Source: Squalus acanthias (taxonomy: Eukaryota). From it: a DNA stretch of 64,000 bases. The stretch lies in assembly GCA_030390025.1 (NCBI GenBank), contig CM059431.1, forward strand, positions 103,108,001 to 103,172,000, read 5' to 3'. The first letter of the stretch is position 1. The number at the start of each line of letters is the position of its first letter. The position numbers and the translations under genes were made by a program. The notes under the pieces were generated by a model. It was not told where the DNA came from and did no database searches. It saw only the letters and a program-made list of their open reading frames with translations. Positions 51,366 to 62,530 of this stretch are shown piece after piece.

Positions 51366-51716
51366 CTGAAATATAAACAGAAAATGCTGGAAATACTCAG
51401 CAGGTCAGGACAGCATCTCTGGAGAGAGATGAAACAGAGTTAACATTTCAGGTCGATGACCTTTCATCAGAACTGGAAGAAGTTAGAGATGTAACAGTTT
51501 TTAAGCAAGGGCAGAGCCAGGGAGAATGGCCATGGGGGGAAGGAAAGAACAAAAGGGAAGTTCTGTGATAGGGTGGATGGCAGGAATGACGAAAGGTCAT
51601 GGACCTGAAACGTTAACTCTGTTTCTCGCTCCACAGATGCTGCCTGACCTGCTGAGCATTTCCAGCATTTTTGTGTTTTTATTTCAGAGTTCTGGCATCT
51701 GCAGTATTTTGCTTTT
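51366..51716. mobile_element. Penelope-like element (family A) made of two inverted terminal repeats
   Basis: Minus arm 51366-51585 and plus arm 51587-51716 share ~100 bp of inverted sequence. Confidence 0.82.
51438..51474 (-). ncRNA. Minimal hammerhead ribozyme motif (family A)
   Basis: AGTT-CTGATGA-A-AGGTC-ATC-GACCT-GAAA-TGTT-AACT. Helix I is AGTT/AACT. Helix III ACGT has decayed to ATGT. Confidence 0.7.
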
Positions 51717-52176
51717 GGGGTTAAATGACAAAAAGAATAATGGTGCAAGGCAACGGGGTGGGGGGCGGGGGGGGGGTGGTGATAATGGGTTAAGTAAAGA
51801 AACACAAAATGGGCCTTCCTGGACCAGACTCTTGATCATCCCTACTACCAGTGCAAGGGCACTGGAGAGTCATGTTAACTAACTTTTTCTGATGTTTAGA
51901 GATGAAACTTCATCATTACTCCAATTGTTTCTCTCAGTCACTCTGTGTACAAGCTCTACTTCTAGCAGACTGACATAGGAGGTGATAGGCACATGATTCA
52001 TTCGTACTATGAAGTATCACATCGAACTACCCGTACATTACCCACGTTAGATTTAAAATGGCAGTCCCTGCTTAAAACCTATTGTTGCAGGGCACACACA
52101 GAGGAGTAGTTAAATGACTTGTAAAGTTCATGCCCCGAGATTAATATCACCCTTTAACCTTAACTAGCTGATTTAA

Positions 52177-52285
52177 ATGAAAGGTCATCGACTGTAAACG
52201 TCAACTCTGTCTCTCTCTCTCCCCACAGATGCTGCCTGACCTGCTGAGTGTTTCCAGCATTTTCGGTTTTTATAACAGATTCGAG
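52177..52285 (+). mobile_element. Penelope-like terminal repeat fragment (family A)
   Basis: Matches 51590-51690. Confidence 0.75.
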
Positions 52286-52544
52286 TGACAGGCAATTAAG
52301 CAGGGATTGCAGCAGTCATAGCAAGATGTGATTTAGCTAACAGTGCGGAGTATTAGACTGCAATGCTACTTCCTCTTCATTCCTATTATCGGAGTCTCAT
52401 CTATTTATACACAATAAATTACTCAGTCACAATGTACGCAGCATATAATTTGCAAGACCAGTTTTCAAGTTTGATGCTTGGTTTGTCTGTTAAAAGGTAC
52501 ACATTACATTTCCCACATTACAACAGTGACTCCACTTCAAAGTA

Positions 52545-52897
52545 CAGGAAACTCTTTGGTATCCGGCACCGACTGGACCGGGATGGTGCCGGTTGATTAA
52601 AAATTCCGGATAACGGAGAGGTATATCTATCGAGGCTATTTTTAACAAACAAAAATTAAAAAATCAAGAAATGTGCAGTATAAAATAATTGGGTACTTAC
52701 CTACAGAATGTTGTGTTAAATGGATGGTGGAAGATGCTTGATTAAATACAGTACTGCCAGTTGAGGGTAATCCATAACTCTTTAATTACTTAACAGTAAA
52801 ACAAAACGGTTATTGAGGTGTTGTTTTTGGAGTATGAATTTTGCCGGTTAATAGAGAATTCCGGATATTTAGGTGCCCTTTAAACGAGAGTTTCCTG
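52545..52897. mobile_element. 353-bp Tc1/mariner (Tigger/pogo-type) MITE inserted in a SINE tail
   Basis: TIR CAGGAAACTCT / AGAGTTTCCTG with TA duplicated on both sides. The SINE tail is continuous across the insertion. Confidence 0.85.
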
Positions 52898-53184
52898 TAT
52901 TTCATTGGCTGTAAAGTGCTTTGAGACGTCCGGTGGTCAGGAAAGGCGTTATATAAATGCAAGTCTTTCTTTTTTTTCTTTCTTACAGCGCATAGAAGAT
53001 AAACTAATGCAGCAGCTCAATTCAGGTCACCTCTTGCCTACTTTCTACTGCAGTATTTGTAATGGTGGGTGCTATACGGGGACTTAAGCGAGGAGTGGCT
53101 CTCTTCACTATTGCCTGATAAAATGGTAGCTATCTTCACTGTTGTCTGTTTACACTACTGCATGCAGGAAGAGCAGATAAAAAA

Positions 53185-56100
53185 GAAAGACTTGCATTTA
53201 TATAGCGCCTTTCACGACCTCAGGGCACCCCAAAGCGCTTTACAGCCAATGAAGTACTGTTGAAGGGTAGTCACTGCTGTAGGAAACGCGGCAGCCAAAT
53301 TGCGCACAGCAAGCTCCCACAACCAGCAATGTGATAATAACCAGGTTATTTGTTTTAGTGGTGTTCGTTGATTGTCCCCAGGACACCAGAAAGATCTCCC
53401 CGGTTCTTCCCCAAACTGGTGCCGTGGGATTTTTTTATGTCCACCCGAGAGGGCAGATGGGGCCTCGGGTTTAACGTCTCATCTGAAAGACGGCACCTCC
53501 GACAGCGCAGCACTCCCTCAGTACTGCCCCTCCGACAGTGCGCCGCTCCCTCAGTACTGCCCCTCCGACAGTGCGGCACTCCCTCAGTACTGCCCCTCCG
53601 ACAGTGCAGCGCTCCCTCAGTACTGCCCCTCCGACAGTGCAGCGCTCCCTCAGTACTGCCCCTCCGACAGTGCAGCACTCCCTCAGTACTGCCCCTTCGA
53701 CAGTGCAGCGCTCCCTCAGTACTGCCCCTTTGACAGTGCAGCACTCCCTCAGTACTGCCCGTCCGACAGTGCAGCACTCCCTCAGTACTGCCCCTCCGAC
53801 AGTGCAGCACTCCCTCAGTACTGCCCCTTCGACAGTGCAGCGCTCCCTCAGGACTGCCCCTCCGACAGTGCAGCAGTACCTCAGTACTGCCCCTGCAACA
53901 GTCCAGCGCTCCCTCAGTATTGCCCCTCTGACAGTGCAGCACTCCCTCAGTACTGCCCCTTCGACAGTGCAGCGCTCCCTCAGGACTGCACCTCCGACAG
54001 TGCAGCAGTACCTCAGTACTGCCCCTGCAACAGTCCAGCGCTCCCTCAGTATTGCCCCTCTGACAGTGCAGCACTCCCTCAGTACTGCCCCTCCGACAGT
54101 GCAGCGCTGCCTCAGCACTGCCCCTCTGACAGTGCAGCACTCCCTCAGTACTGCCCCTCCGATAGTGCAGCGCTCCCTCAGTACTGCCCCTCCGACAGTG
54201 CCGCGCTCCCTCAGTACTGCCCCTCCGACAGTACAGCGCTTCCTCAGTACTGCCCCTCCGACAGTGCAGCACTCCCTCAGTACTGCCCCTTCGACAGTGC
54301 AGCACTCCCTCAATACTGCCCCTCCGACAGTCCAGCACTCCCTCAGTACTGCCCCTCCGACAGTGCAGCACTCCCTCAGTACTGCCCCTCCGACAGTGCA
54401 GCAGTACCTCAGGACTGCCCCTCCGACAGTGCAGCAGTACCTCAGTACTGCCCCTGCGACAGTCCAGCACTCCCTCAGTACTGCCCGTCCGACAGTGCAG
54501 CACTCCCTCAGTACTGCCCCTCCGACAGTGCAGCACTCCCTCAGTACTGCCCCTCTGACAGTGCAGCACTCCCTCAGTACTGCCCCTCCGACAGTGCAGC
54601 GCTCCCTCAGTACTGCCCCTCCGACAGTGCGGCACTCCCTCAGTACTGCCCGTCCGACAGTGCAGCACTCCCTCAGTACTGCCCCTCCGACAGTGCAGCA
54701 CTCCCTCAGTACTGCCCCTTCGACAGTGCAGCGCTCCCTCAGGACTGCCCTTCCGACAGTGCAGCAGTACCTCAGTACTGCCCCTGCGACAGTCCAGCGC
54801 TCCCTCAGTATTGCCCCTCTGACAGTGCAGCACTCCCTCAGTACTGCCCCTCCGACAGTGCAGCGCTGCCTCAGCACTGCCCCTCTGACAGTGCAGCACT
54901 CCCTCAGTACTGCCCCTCCGATAGTGCAGCGCTCCCTCAGTACTGCCCCTCCGACAGTGCAGCGCTCCCTCAGTACTGCCCCTCCGACAGTACAGCGCTT
55001 CCTCAGTACTGCCCCTCCGACAGTGCAGCACTCCCTCAGTACTGCCCCTCCGACAGTGCAGCACTCCCTCAATACTGCCCCTCCGACAGTGCAGCACTCC
55101 CTCAGTACTGCCCCTCCGACAGTGCAGCACTCCCTCAGTACTGCCCCTCCGACAGTGCAGCAGTACCTCAGTACTGCCCCTCCGACAGTGCAGCGCTCCC
55201 TCAGTACTGCCCCTCCGACAGTGCAGCACTCCCTCAGTACTGCCCCTCCGACAGTGCAGCACTCCCTCAGTACTGCCCCTCCGACAGTGCAGCGCTGCCT
55301 CAGTACTGCCCCTCCGACAGTGCAGCACTCCCTCAGTACTGCCCCTCTGACAGTGCAGCGCTTCCTCAGTACTGCCCCTCCGACAGTACAGCGCTTCCTC
55401 AGTACTGCCCCTCCGACAGTGCAGCACTCCCTCAGTACTGCCCCTCCGATAGTGCAGCGCTCCCTCAGTACTGCCCCTCCGACAGTGCAGCGCTCCCTCA
55501 GTACTGCCCCTCCGACAGTACAGCGCTTCCTCAGTACTGCCCCTCCGACAGTGCAGCCCTCCCTCAGTACTGCCCCTTCGACAGTGCAGCACTCCCTCAA
55601 TACTGCCCCTTCGACAGTGCAGCACTCCCTCAATACTGCCCCTCCGACAGTGCAGCACTCCCTCAGTACTGCCCCTCCGACAGTGCAGCAGTACCTCAGT
55701 ACTGCCCCTCCGACAGTGCAGCACTCCCTCAGTACTGCCCCTCCGACAGTGCAGCGCTCCCTCAGTACTGCCCCTCCGACAGTGCAGCGCTCCCTCAGTA
55801 CTGCCCCTCCGACAGTGCAGCGCTGCCTCAGTACTGCCCCTCCGACAGTGCAGCACTCCCTCAGTACTGCCCCTCTGACAGTGCAGCGCTCCCTCAGTAC
55901 TGCCCCTCCGACAGTGCAGCGCTCCCTCAGTACTGCCCCTCCGACAGTGCAGCGCTTCCTCAGTACTGCCCCTCCGACAGTGCAGCACTCCCTCAGTACT
56001 GCCCCTCCGACAGTGCAGCGCTCCCTCAGTACTGCCCCTCCGACAGTGCAGCACTCCCTCAGTACTGCCCCTCCGACAGTGCAGCAGTACCTCAGTACTG

Positions 56101-56320
56101 TCCCTCCGACAGTGCGGTGCTCACTCAGTACTGCCCCTCCGACAGTGCAGCAGTACCTCAGTACTGCCCCTCCGACAGTGCACGCTCCCTCCGTACTGCC
56201 CCTCCGACAGTGCAGCGCTGCCTCAGTACTGCCCCTCCGACAGTGCGGCGCTCCCTCAGCACTGCACCGGGAGTGTCAGCTTGGATTTTGTGCTCAAGTC
56301 TCTGGAGTGGGACTTGAACT
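53185..56320 (-). mobile_element. SacSINE1-like SINE expanded to ~3.1 kb by an internal minisatellite
   Basis: SINE 3' part 53185-53495 and head remnant 56266-56320 flank the array in correct order. Confidence 0.9.
53496..56265. repeat. 33-bp minisatellite, ~84 units
   Basis: Unit CCTCCGACAGTGCAGCACTCCCTCAGTACTGCC corresponds to the single SINE segment at 1795-1826. Confidence 0.97.
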
Positions 56321-56954
56321 TAATGCACCTGTTATCTGGAGGCATTTCTGTCTACGGCTTCGAAGAGGAACTATTGCCACAGCTACTGCTTGCGTCAATG
56401 AGCTGTCTTCACACCCTGGAGGAGCCAATACCTTGGACGAGGAGCTCCTGCTGCCAACACTGCTTGGATCAGAACCATCTACCTTTGGATTTTGGAGGAG
56501 TTCCTACTGGAAGTAAATGATATAGACTTGCACAGAATATACAGCACAGAAACAGGCCATTCGGCCCAACTAGTCCGTGCTGGTGTTTATACTCCACACG
56601 AGCCTCCTCCCTTTCCATCTACCTCATCTCAACCTTTCGGCGTATCTTTCTATTCCCTTTTCTCTCATGTACTCATCTATTATTAGTGCCATTGTGTGGA
56701 ATAAGAAGTATCTCCACAGACTGAAATGGAATTAATGATTGGGGTGTGGGAATGGTAGAAGCCTGGAACTAGGTTGTCTACTTGCCTTTGTGACCAGGGA
56801 AGAGGAGAAAAAGTCCTCACAAAAAATTGCTCAGAATTCCAAATCAGTGTGCTCCTCTGCAGAGTAAATTGTTATTCATCTGATTCATTTGTTTTAAGAA
56901 TGGAATGCGGCTCATTTCTAAAAAAAAAGAAATAAAATTAAGATTTAAGATTTG

Positions 56955-57410
56955 GGATGCTGGACTTCAGTTACGTGGACAGACTGGAGAAGCTGGAATT
57001 GTTCTCCTTAGAGCAGAGAAGGTTAAGGGGAGATTCAATAGAGGCGTTCACATTCGTGAAGGGTTTTGATCGAGTAAAGAAGGAGAAACTGTTTCCACTG
57101 GCAGGAGGGTCGGTAACCAGAGGACACAGATTTTAAGGTAATTGTCAAAAGAGCCAGAGGGGGAGATGAGGAGAAATTACGATCTGGAATGCGCTGCCTG
57201 AAAGGGCGGTGGAAGCAGATTCAACAGTGACTTTCAAAAGGGAATTGGATAAATACTTGAAATGGAGAAAATTGGCAGGGCTATGGGGAAAGAGCAGGGG
57301 TGGGGCGGTGGGGGGGTGGGGGGTGGGGGGCGTGGAGTGGGACTAATTGAAGAGCTCTTTCAAATGGCACAATGGACAGAATGGCCTCCTTCTGTGCTGT
57401 GCGATTCTAC
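56955..57410 (+). mobile_element. CR1 LINE 3' end
   Basis: Matches 15010-15460. Confidence 0.85.
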
Positions 57411-58338
57411 GAGTTTTAGCAAAATCCATGCACAGGTAATTTGACAGCTGAGTGGTTCTTATTCCTTCAATTGCCTTTCTCTGTCTAAGGGCCTGGCTTT
57501 GAAACTCATGACATGTGTTTTGTGACAGCACACACTGAAACTGGTTGCAAATATGATGGCGCCATGCCAATGAGAGCTGTGCAGCTGGTTTAATTGCTGC
57601 GTATAGCCAGTGTTTGTGAAGGATTTGGCTTTGTAGACCTAAGCTTTGGATTCCCGGCGCCTTGTCCGATGCACCATTGAATTGTTTATGGGACGTTTTC
57701 CATGCATTTCACACCTGTGGGTTGGATACTGATGGAGACAATTAACATCAAGCATCTTTCCCAAGGCTGTAATGACGGAGCCTGATTATAGTAATTGTGC
57801 TGTACGCAACTGTGTATTTTCTGTCAGAATGTTCCAGGAACTGAATGAACTGAATCCTGATGAATGAATAACGGGTCTGCCAAGAAATATTATTTTTGGA
57901 CCTGTTTTGATTTTATAAACCCAGATAAAAATAGCCAGCATGCAAATTGTGTTTTTTTATACCATTATTCATTTAACCATTCATTCTTCAATTCAGTCGA
58001 AGGAAAGCACGTCACAAATCATATTTTTAGATTAATATCATTTTTCACTTATAAAATCTGGATATGTGGATAGACTAGATGTGAAGGAATAAGCCATATA
58101 ACCTATTCAGAAAAATACACCATTTTATGAAAGAATTCTGGCCTTATTAAAACATGACAAACTGGGTTTGGAAATCTAAAAACCTAACAATGGAGAAGCT
58201 GTATTGTTAACAGCATTCAGGCTATTGAGATAAAATAAGTTGTTGACACTGAATCAATAACCTAACTGAAACAGAAGGTTGGAGGCTCCTGACGGTCTGA
58301 ATCTTTGGAAAGAAGACAATGGTACATCCTTGTTAAGT

Positions 58339-58702
58339 TGTTCTAAATTACACTTCATAAACAGGCACATAAAATTAAGAAACATATGCCTTTGTAAAAA
58401 TGACATCAAGTAAAAGAAACACCTGCCATCACACCGTTTTTGTGTTGAACTTGGAACACCTACGGAGGAGAGACACGATTCTGTATTACAAACAGCTGAG
58501 GTGACTAAGAATTGCATAGATCACCCTGGTTGAGGTGTTCTAATTTACACTTCGTAAAAAGACACAAACAGAAGGCCTTGGTAAAAATGACATCAAATAG
58601 ATGCACCTGCTGTTACACCATTTTTTATGGTGGGCTTGGGACACCTGGGGTAGAGACATAATTCTGTATTGCTACCAGCTGAACTGGCTGTAAGAATTGC
58701 AG
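58339..58702. repeat. Diverged two-copy tandem repeat, ~197-bp period
   Basis: TGTTCTAA.TTACACTTC, GTAAAAATGACATCAA, ATTCTGTATT and TAAGAATTGCA recur in order from 58339 and 58536. Confidence 0.85.
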
Positions 58703-58940
58703 AAGTCAGCAGAAAAATGACTAGAGATAATTAGCTTACATCAGCAGAAAACTTCAAAGGGAATACCACTGGAAAAGGGTATAAATATTGAAGTTTCAAA
58801 TGGGATATCAGATTCGCTGTAAAGGGGCAAAGTGATTCTCAGGCTTCAGAGGCGGCTCTGTAAGTCTACAACTCTTTGTACCTCGGGGATCAAGGTACTG
58901 TACTGTATTTGATTTTGGTGGATATCCTGAATAAGACTAA

Positions 58941-59833
58941 GGGGGAAAAATTCAGTTGGTTGCGCCTCCCGTTAGCGCCTTAAGAGGGCGCTAATGGGGC
59001 GCAAAGCATCTAGCGCCCGGGCGCGGCGAAGTTTGCGCCGCTCGCGAAATTAACTAGACATTTTGCGGCGGCGCTAAACACTACCGCCACGATCTCCTGC
59101 GCCGGCAGATCATGACGTCACTCGAGTGTGCAACGCCCCAGTATCGCTCCGGAGCGGATATTGAGTGGCGCCCCCTGCCTTACCGCCTGACGCTAGCAAC
59201 GACAGGTTGAGGGGAGCGTTCTGCAGTCATGAAGGGAAAGGGGGAGCGCTATTTAAAGGTGACCACTTCCTGCCTTTTATTGTTGGTGCCATTTTTGAAC
59301 TACGCATTCTGACAGAGAGAGGGAGAGACTTCTGGAGAGATTCAATGTTGTGTGAAGGAGTTTTGGGTACTGAGCAGCACTTTGCAGGTTCATTTTGATT
59401 TTCCATTCCTTGTATTGATTTAGCAGAGACTGTGGGGTCTGCACTCTGAGCTCTTTGCCTGGTACTCTCCATTGTTCTTTCCAGCACATTTGATGTGCAA
59501 GTCTCTCCAGGCCGAGATTCAAGGCTGCAATGAGTAGGATGTGGATGGAAAGCAAGATTAACCATCCCCTTTAAGAACTGGCCCGTGCCATTGTGTGTGT
59601 GTTCCATTGCTGACTGACATTACATGAGCTTCGCCAGCGCTCTGAGTTAGCGCCTCACTCCTCGGCCTTTGCGCCTTAAGACAGGTGTGCAGCACCTGAT
59701 TTAGCGCTCCACTCACCTCCCGGGGCATTAAAAGTGAAGTTTCCAGTCAGTGGCGATAATTAGCGGCAGGCGCTAATTTTTGCGCCCGGAAGATATTTGC
59801 GCCCCAAACGGGGCACGACTGAATTTTCCCCCC
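58941..59833. mobile_element. 893-bp Harbinger MITE related to the transposon at 21434
   Basis: TIR GGGGGAAAAATTCAGT / ACTGAATTTTCCCCCC with perfect TAA TSD. The first ~320 bp align with 21434-21760. Confidence 0.92.
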
Positions 59834-60289
59834 TAAGAACTGTAAAACTGTAGCGAAGTTAAGATTTGAGAATAAGGATCTCTGACATAAGATTGTAAAG
59901 CTTTCTCTTTTTGGAACTGTTAATGTTGCGATTGAATCACCAACTGTAATTACATGTCGGTTCTTTAATAAATCTACATATTTTTAGAATTGTCTCACAT
60001 AATACTTCTGTATCAAACTCACAAACTCAATCTCTGTACACTCTTTGGTAAGGAGTTGCAGAATTCTGGGGGAGTTTTCCGGACCCTCATAATATCCAGA
60101 ATGTTACAGTCTAGCTAAACTTATTAAAAGTGCTATCTGGAGGACGGTAACATTTTCAGGTTGTTCCTTTCCTTTAGGGAGAGATGGTCCAGACCTTTAG
60201 ACCCAATTAAGCATCTTTAGGATTCGGCTACCTCAAACTTTAGTTGAAAGTGAACGTCTGAGGAATACGCCTGATCTGGGGTAGCCCTA

Positions 60290-60705
60290 AGCTGGGCTTG
60301 TTCTCCTTGGAGCAGAGAAGGCTAAGAGGAGATTTGATAGAGGTGTTTAAAATCATGAAGGGTTTAGATAGAGTAAATAAAGAGAAACTGTTTCCAATGG
60401 CTGAAGGGTCTGTAACCAGAGGGCACAGATTTAAGGTGATTGACAAAAGAACCAGAGGGTCGACATGAGGAAAAACTTTTTTACGCAACGACTGGTTAGG
60501 ATTTGGAATGCGCTGCCTGGAAGGGTGGTGGATACAGATTCAATAGTAGCCTTCAAAAGGGAATTGGATAAATGCTTCAAGGAAAAAAATTGCAGGGATA
60601 TGGGGAAAGAGCGGGGGAGTGGGACTAACTGGATTGCTCTTCGAAAGAGCCGGCGCAGACTCGATGGGCCGAATGGCCTCCTTCTGTGCTGTACTATTCT
60701 ATGAT
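60290..60705 (+). mobile_element. CR1 LINE 3' end whose tail hosts the fold-back element
   Basis: Encodes RKNFFTQRLVRIWNALP. The tail resumes at 61265. Confidence 0.88.
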
Positions 60706-60789
60706 GCGGAGATGCCGGTGTTGGACTGGGGTGGACAAAAATGAGAAGTCGCACAACACCAGGTTATAGTCCAACAGTTTTATTTGAAA

Positions 60790-60826
60790 TCACGAGCTTT
60801 CGGAGCGCTGCTCCTTCATCAGGTAA
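60790..60826 (-). ncRNA. Minimal hammerhead ribozyme motif, left arm
   Basis: TTAC-CTGATGA-A-GGAGC-AGC-GCTCC-GAAA-GCTC-GTGA. Confidence 0.8.
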
Positions 60827-61175
60827 AGTGAGGGAATACAAATCAGATACAAAGCATATATAGACAGAGAACAATGTGTTTCTGACTGCCCTCCATCACA
60901 CCACCTCGGCAGAGATACAATCAGTCAGGAAGGCATTACATCAAAGACACAGCAACATACAGCTAAGACAATGAGGTGGGGTCACAGGGAGTCACATTTG
61001 ACATGTTGGGCCCCCTGTGACCCCACCTCATTGTCTTAGCTATATTTTGCTGTGTCTTTGATGTAATGCCTTCCTGACTGATTGTATCTCTGGCGAGGTG
61101 GTGTGATGGAGGGCAGTCAGAAACACATTGTTCTCTGTCTATAGATGCTTTGTATCTGATTTGTATTCCCTCACT

Positions 61176-61212
61176 GTACCTGACGAAGGAGCAGCGCTCC
61201 GAAAGCTCGTGA
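61176..61212 (+). ncRNA. Minimal hammerhead ribozyme motif, right arm
   Basis: GTAC-CTGACGA-A-GGAGC-AGC-GCTCC-GAAA-GCTC-GTGA. Confidence 0.78.
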
Positions 61213-61487
61213 TTTCAAATAAAACTGTTGGACTATAACCTGGTGTTGTGCGACTTCTCATTTTTGTACTATTCTATGATTCTTTGAAATCTGCTGCTGT
61301 GAGCTGCAGTTATGCATTAAGTATATTTAATGTATATACTGCCTTAAATTGGATAGGTACAATTAGAGGCTCAGTCTGGGTAAGGTTTGGTACATTCAAG
61401 TTCTGTGTTCAGACCAGGTTTCCCATTGTACTGCTGAAGTTTGGTATTGTAATACTATGAAAAATGAATAATAATCCTGCAAAGGAT

Positions 61488-61795
61488 TGGCAGAAGGGTC
61501 GAGAACCAGAGGACACAGATTTAAGGTGATTGGCAAAAGAACAAAAGGTGACATGAGGGGAAACTTTTTTACGCAGCGAGTGGTTAGGATCTGGACTGCA
61601 CTGCCTGAGAGGGTGGTGGAGGCAGACTCAATTGTGGCTTTCACAAGGGAATTGGATAAGTACCTGAAGGAAAAAAAATTGCAGGGCTACAGGGAAAGGG
61701 CGGGGGAGTGGGACTAGCTGAAGTGCTCTTGCAGAGAGCCGGCACAGGCTCGACGGGCCGAATGGCCTCCTTCTATGATTCTATGATTCTATGAT
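61488..61795 (+). mobile_element. CR1 LINE 3' end
   Basis: Encodes RGNFFTQRVVRIW. (TTCTATGA)n tail. Confidence 0.88.
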
Positions 61796-62530
61796 ACTGT
61801 GAAGGAACTGTGGACAAATGCAAAAGGGTAGCATCATTAAGCATTCTCGTCTTGCCAAATTGATGGCTGTCTGAAGCATGGAGGCTGCTTGGAATCTCAA
61901 TCACTCGGCCTTTTAGCTTGTCCTGATTTCAATAAGGGAGTTCTCACAAAACTTAATATCTACCGTTAAAGGATTTTTTTTCATATAAAGCTTCACAATT
62001 TAATTTCAGCTCCCTCATTATTTTTTGTGCGCAACTGTTTCTCAAACACCGAATTGTTTGCTTCTGACTTTCCCCCGTCTATTTGAGTTTCTTCTTGATA
62101 GGACAAGATCATTACAGCTTAATCAAGATATCCTCGCTGAGCTGTCACTGCACTCTGCTGAAGGCTGTTGAAACTCTATGAAGCTGCTGAATGTTGTGAG
62201 ATGTTTACCAAGATTGGACTGAATGTCACATCAGACACTACATACGCACTGCCTGTAGTACAGGATATTGGAGCCCTGTGTCAAAACAGCATCACACGTG
62301 GATCGCTGCAGTATATTAGTGAACTAAAGAAATCCAGCTTATACCAATCTCACAAAAAATATTAAACAATTTTAGGCTTGTTTGTTGAGCTATAACAATA
62401 AACTGAAACTGCTATTGAAAATATGATAATCGGAAATAACTACATGTGCACAGAAAAGGACTCAGCAGATTGGGATTGTTTCACATTAGCAAATCTGTCA
62501 TTTTTGTTTTGTTTTATTGTGTATTTGTCA

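Larger units (their letters stand above)
58080..60091 (+). mobile_element. Possible solo LTR interrupted by a MITE
   Basis: Ends TGTGAAGG...CCCTCATA, diverged tandem repeats, TATAAA at 58780 and AATAAA at 59967. No TSD found. Confidence 0.35.
60706..61264. mobile_element. 559-bp fold-back Penelope-like element (family B)
   Basis: Inverted arms 60735-60989 and 61013-61267, a 23-bp spacer and an unpaired ~29-bp extension. 16-bp TSD TGTACTATTCTATGAT at 60690-60705 and 61265-61280. Confidence 0.85.

Noticed and set aside
53496..56265. CRISPR-like array
   Set aside because: Units are contiguous with no unique spacers, there are no cas genes, and the context is vertebrate.
53355..56516. 720-992-aa repeat ORFs on both strands
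   Set aside because: Consequence of a stop-free 33-bp SINE-derived unit. Four overlapping open frames argue against coding.
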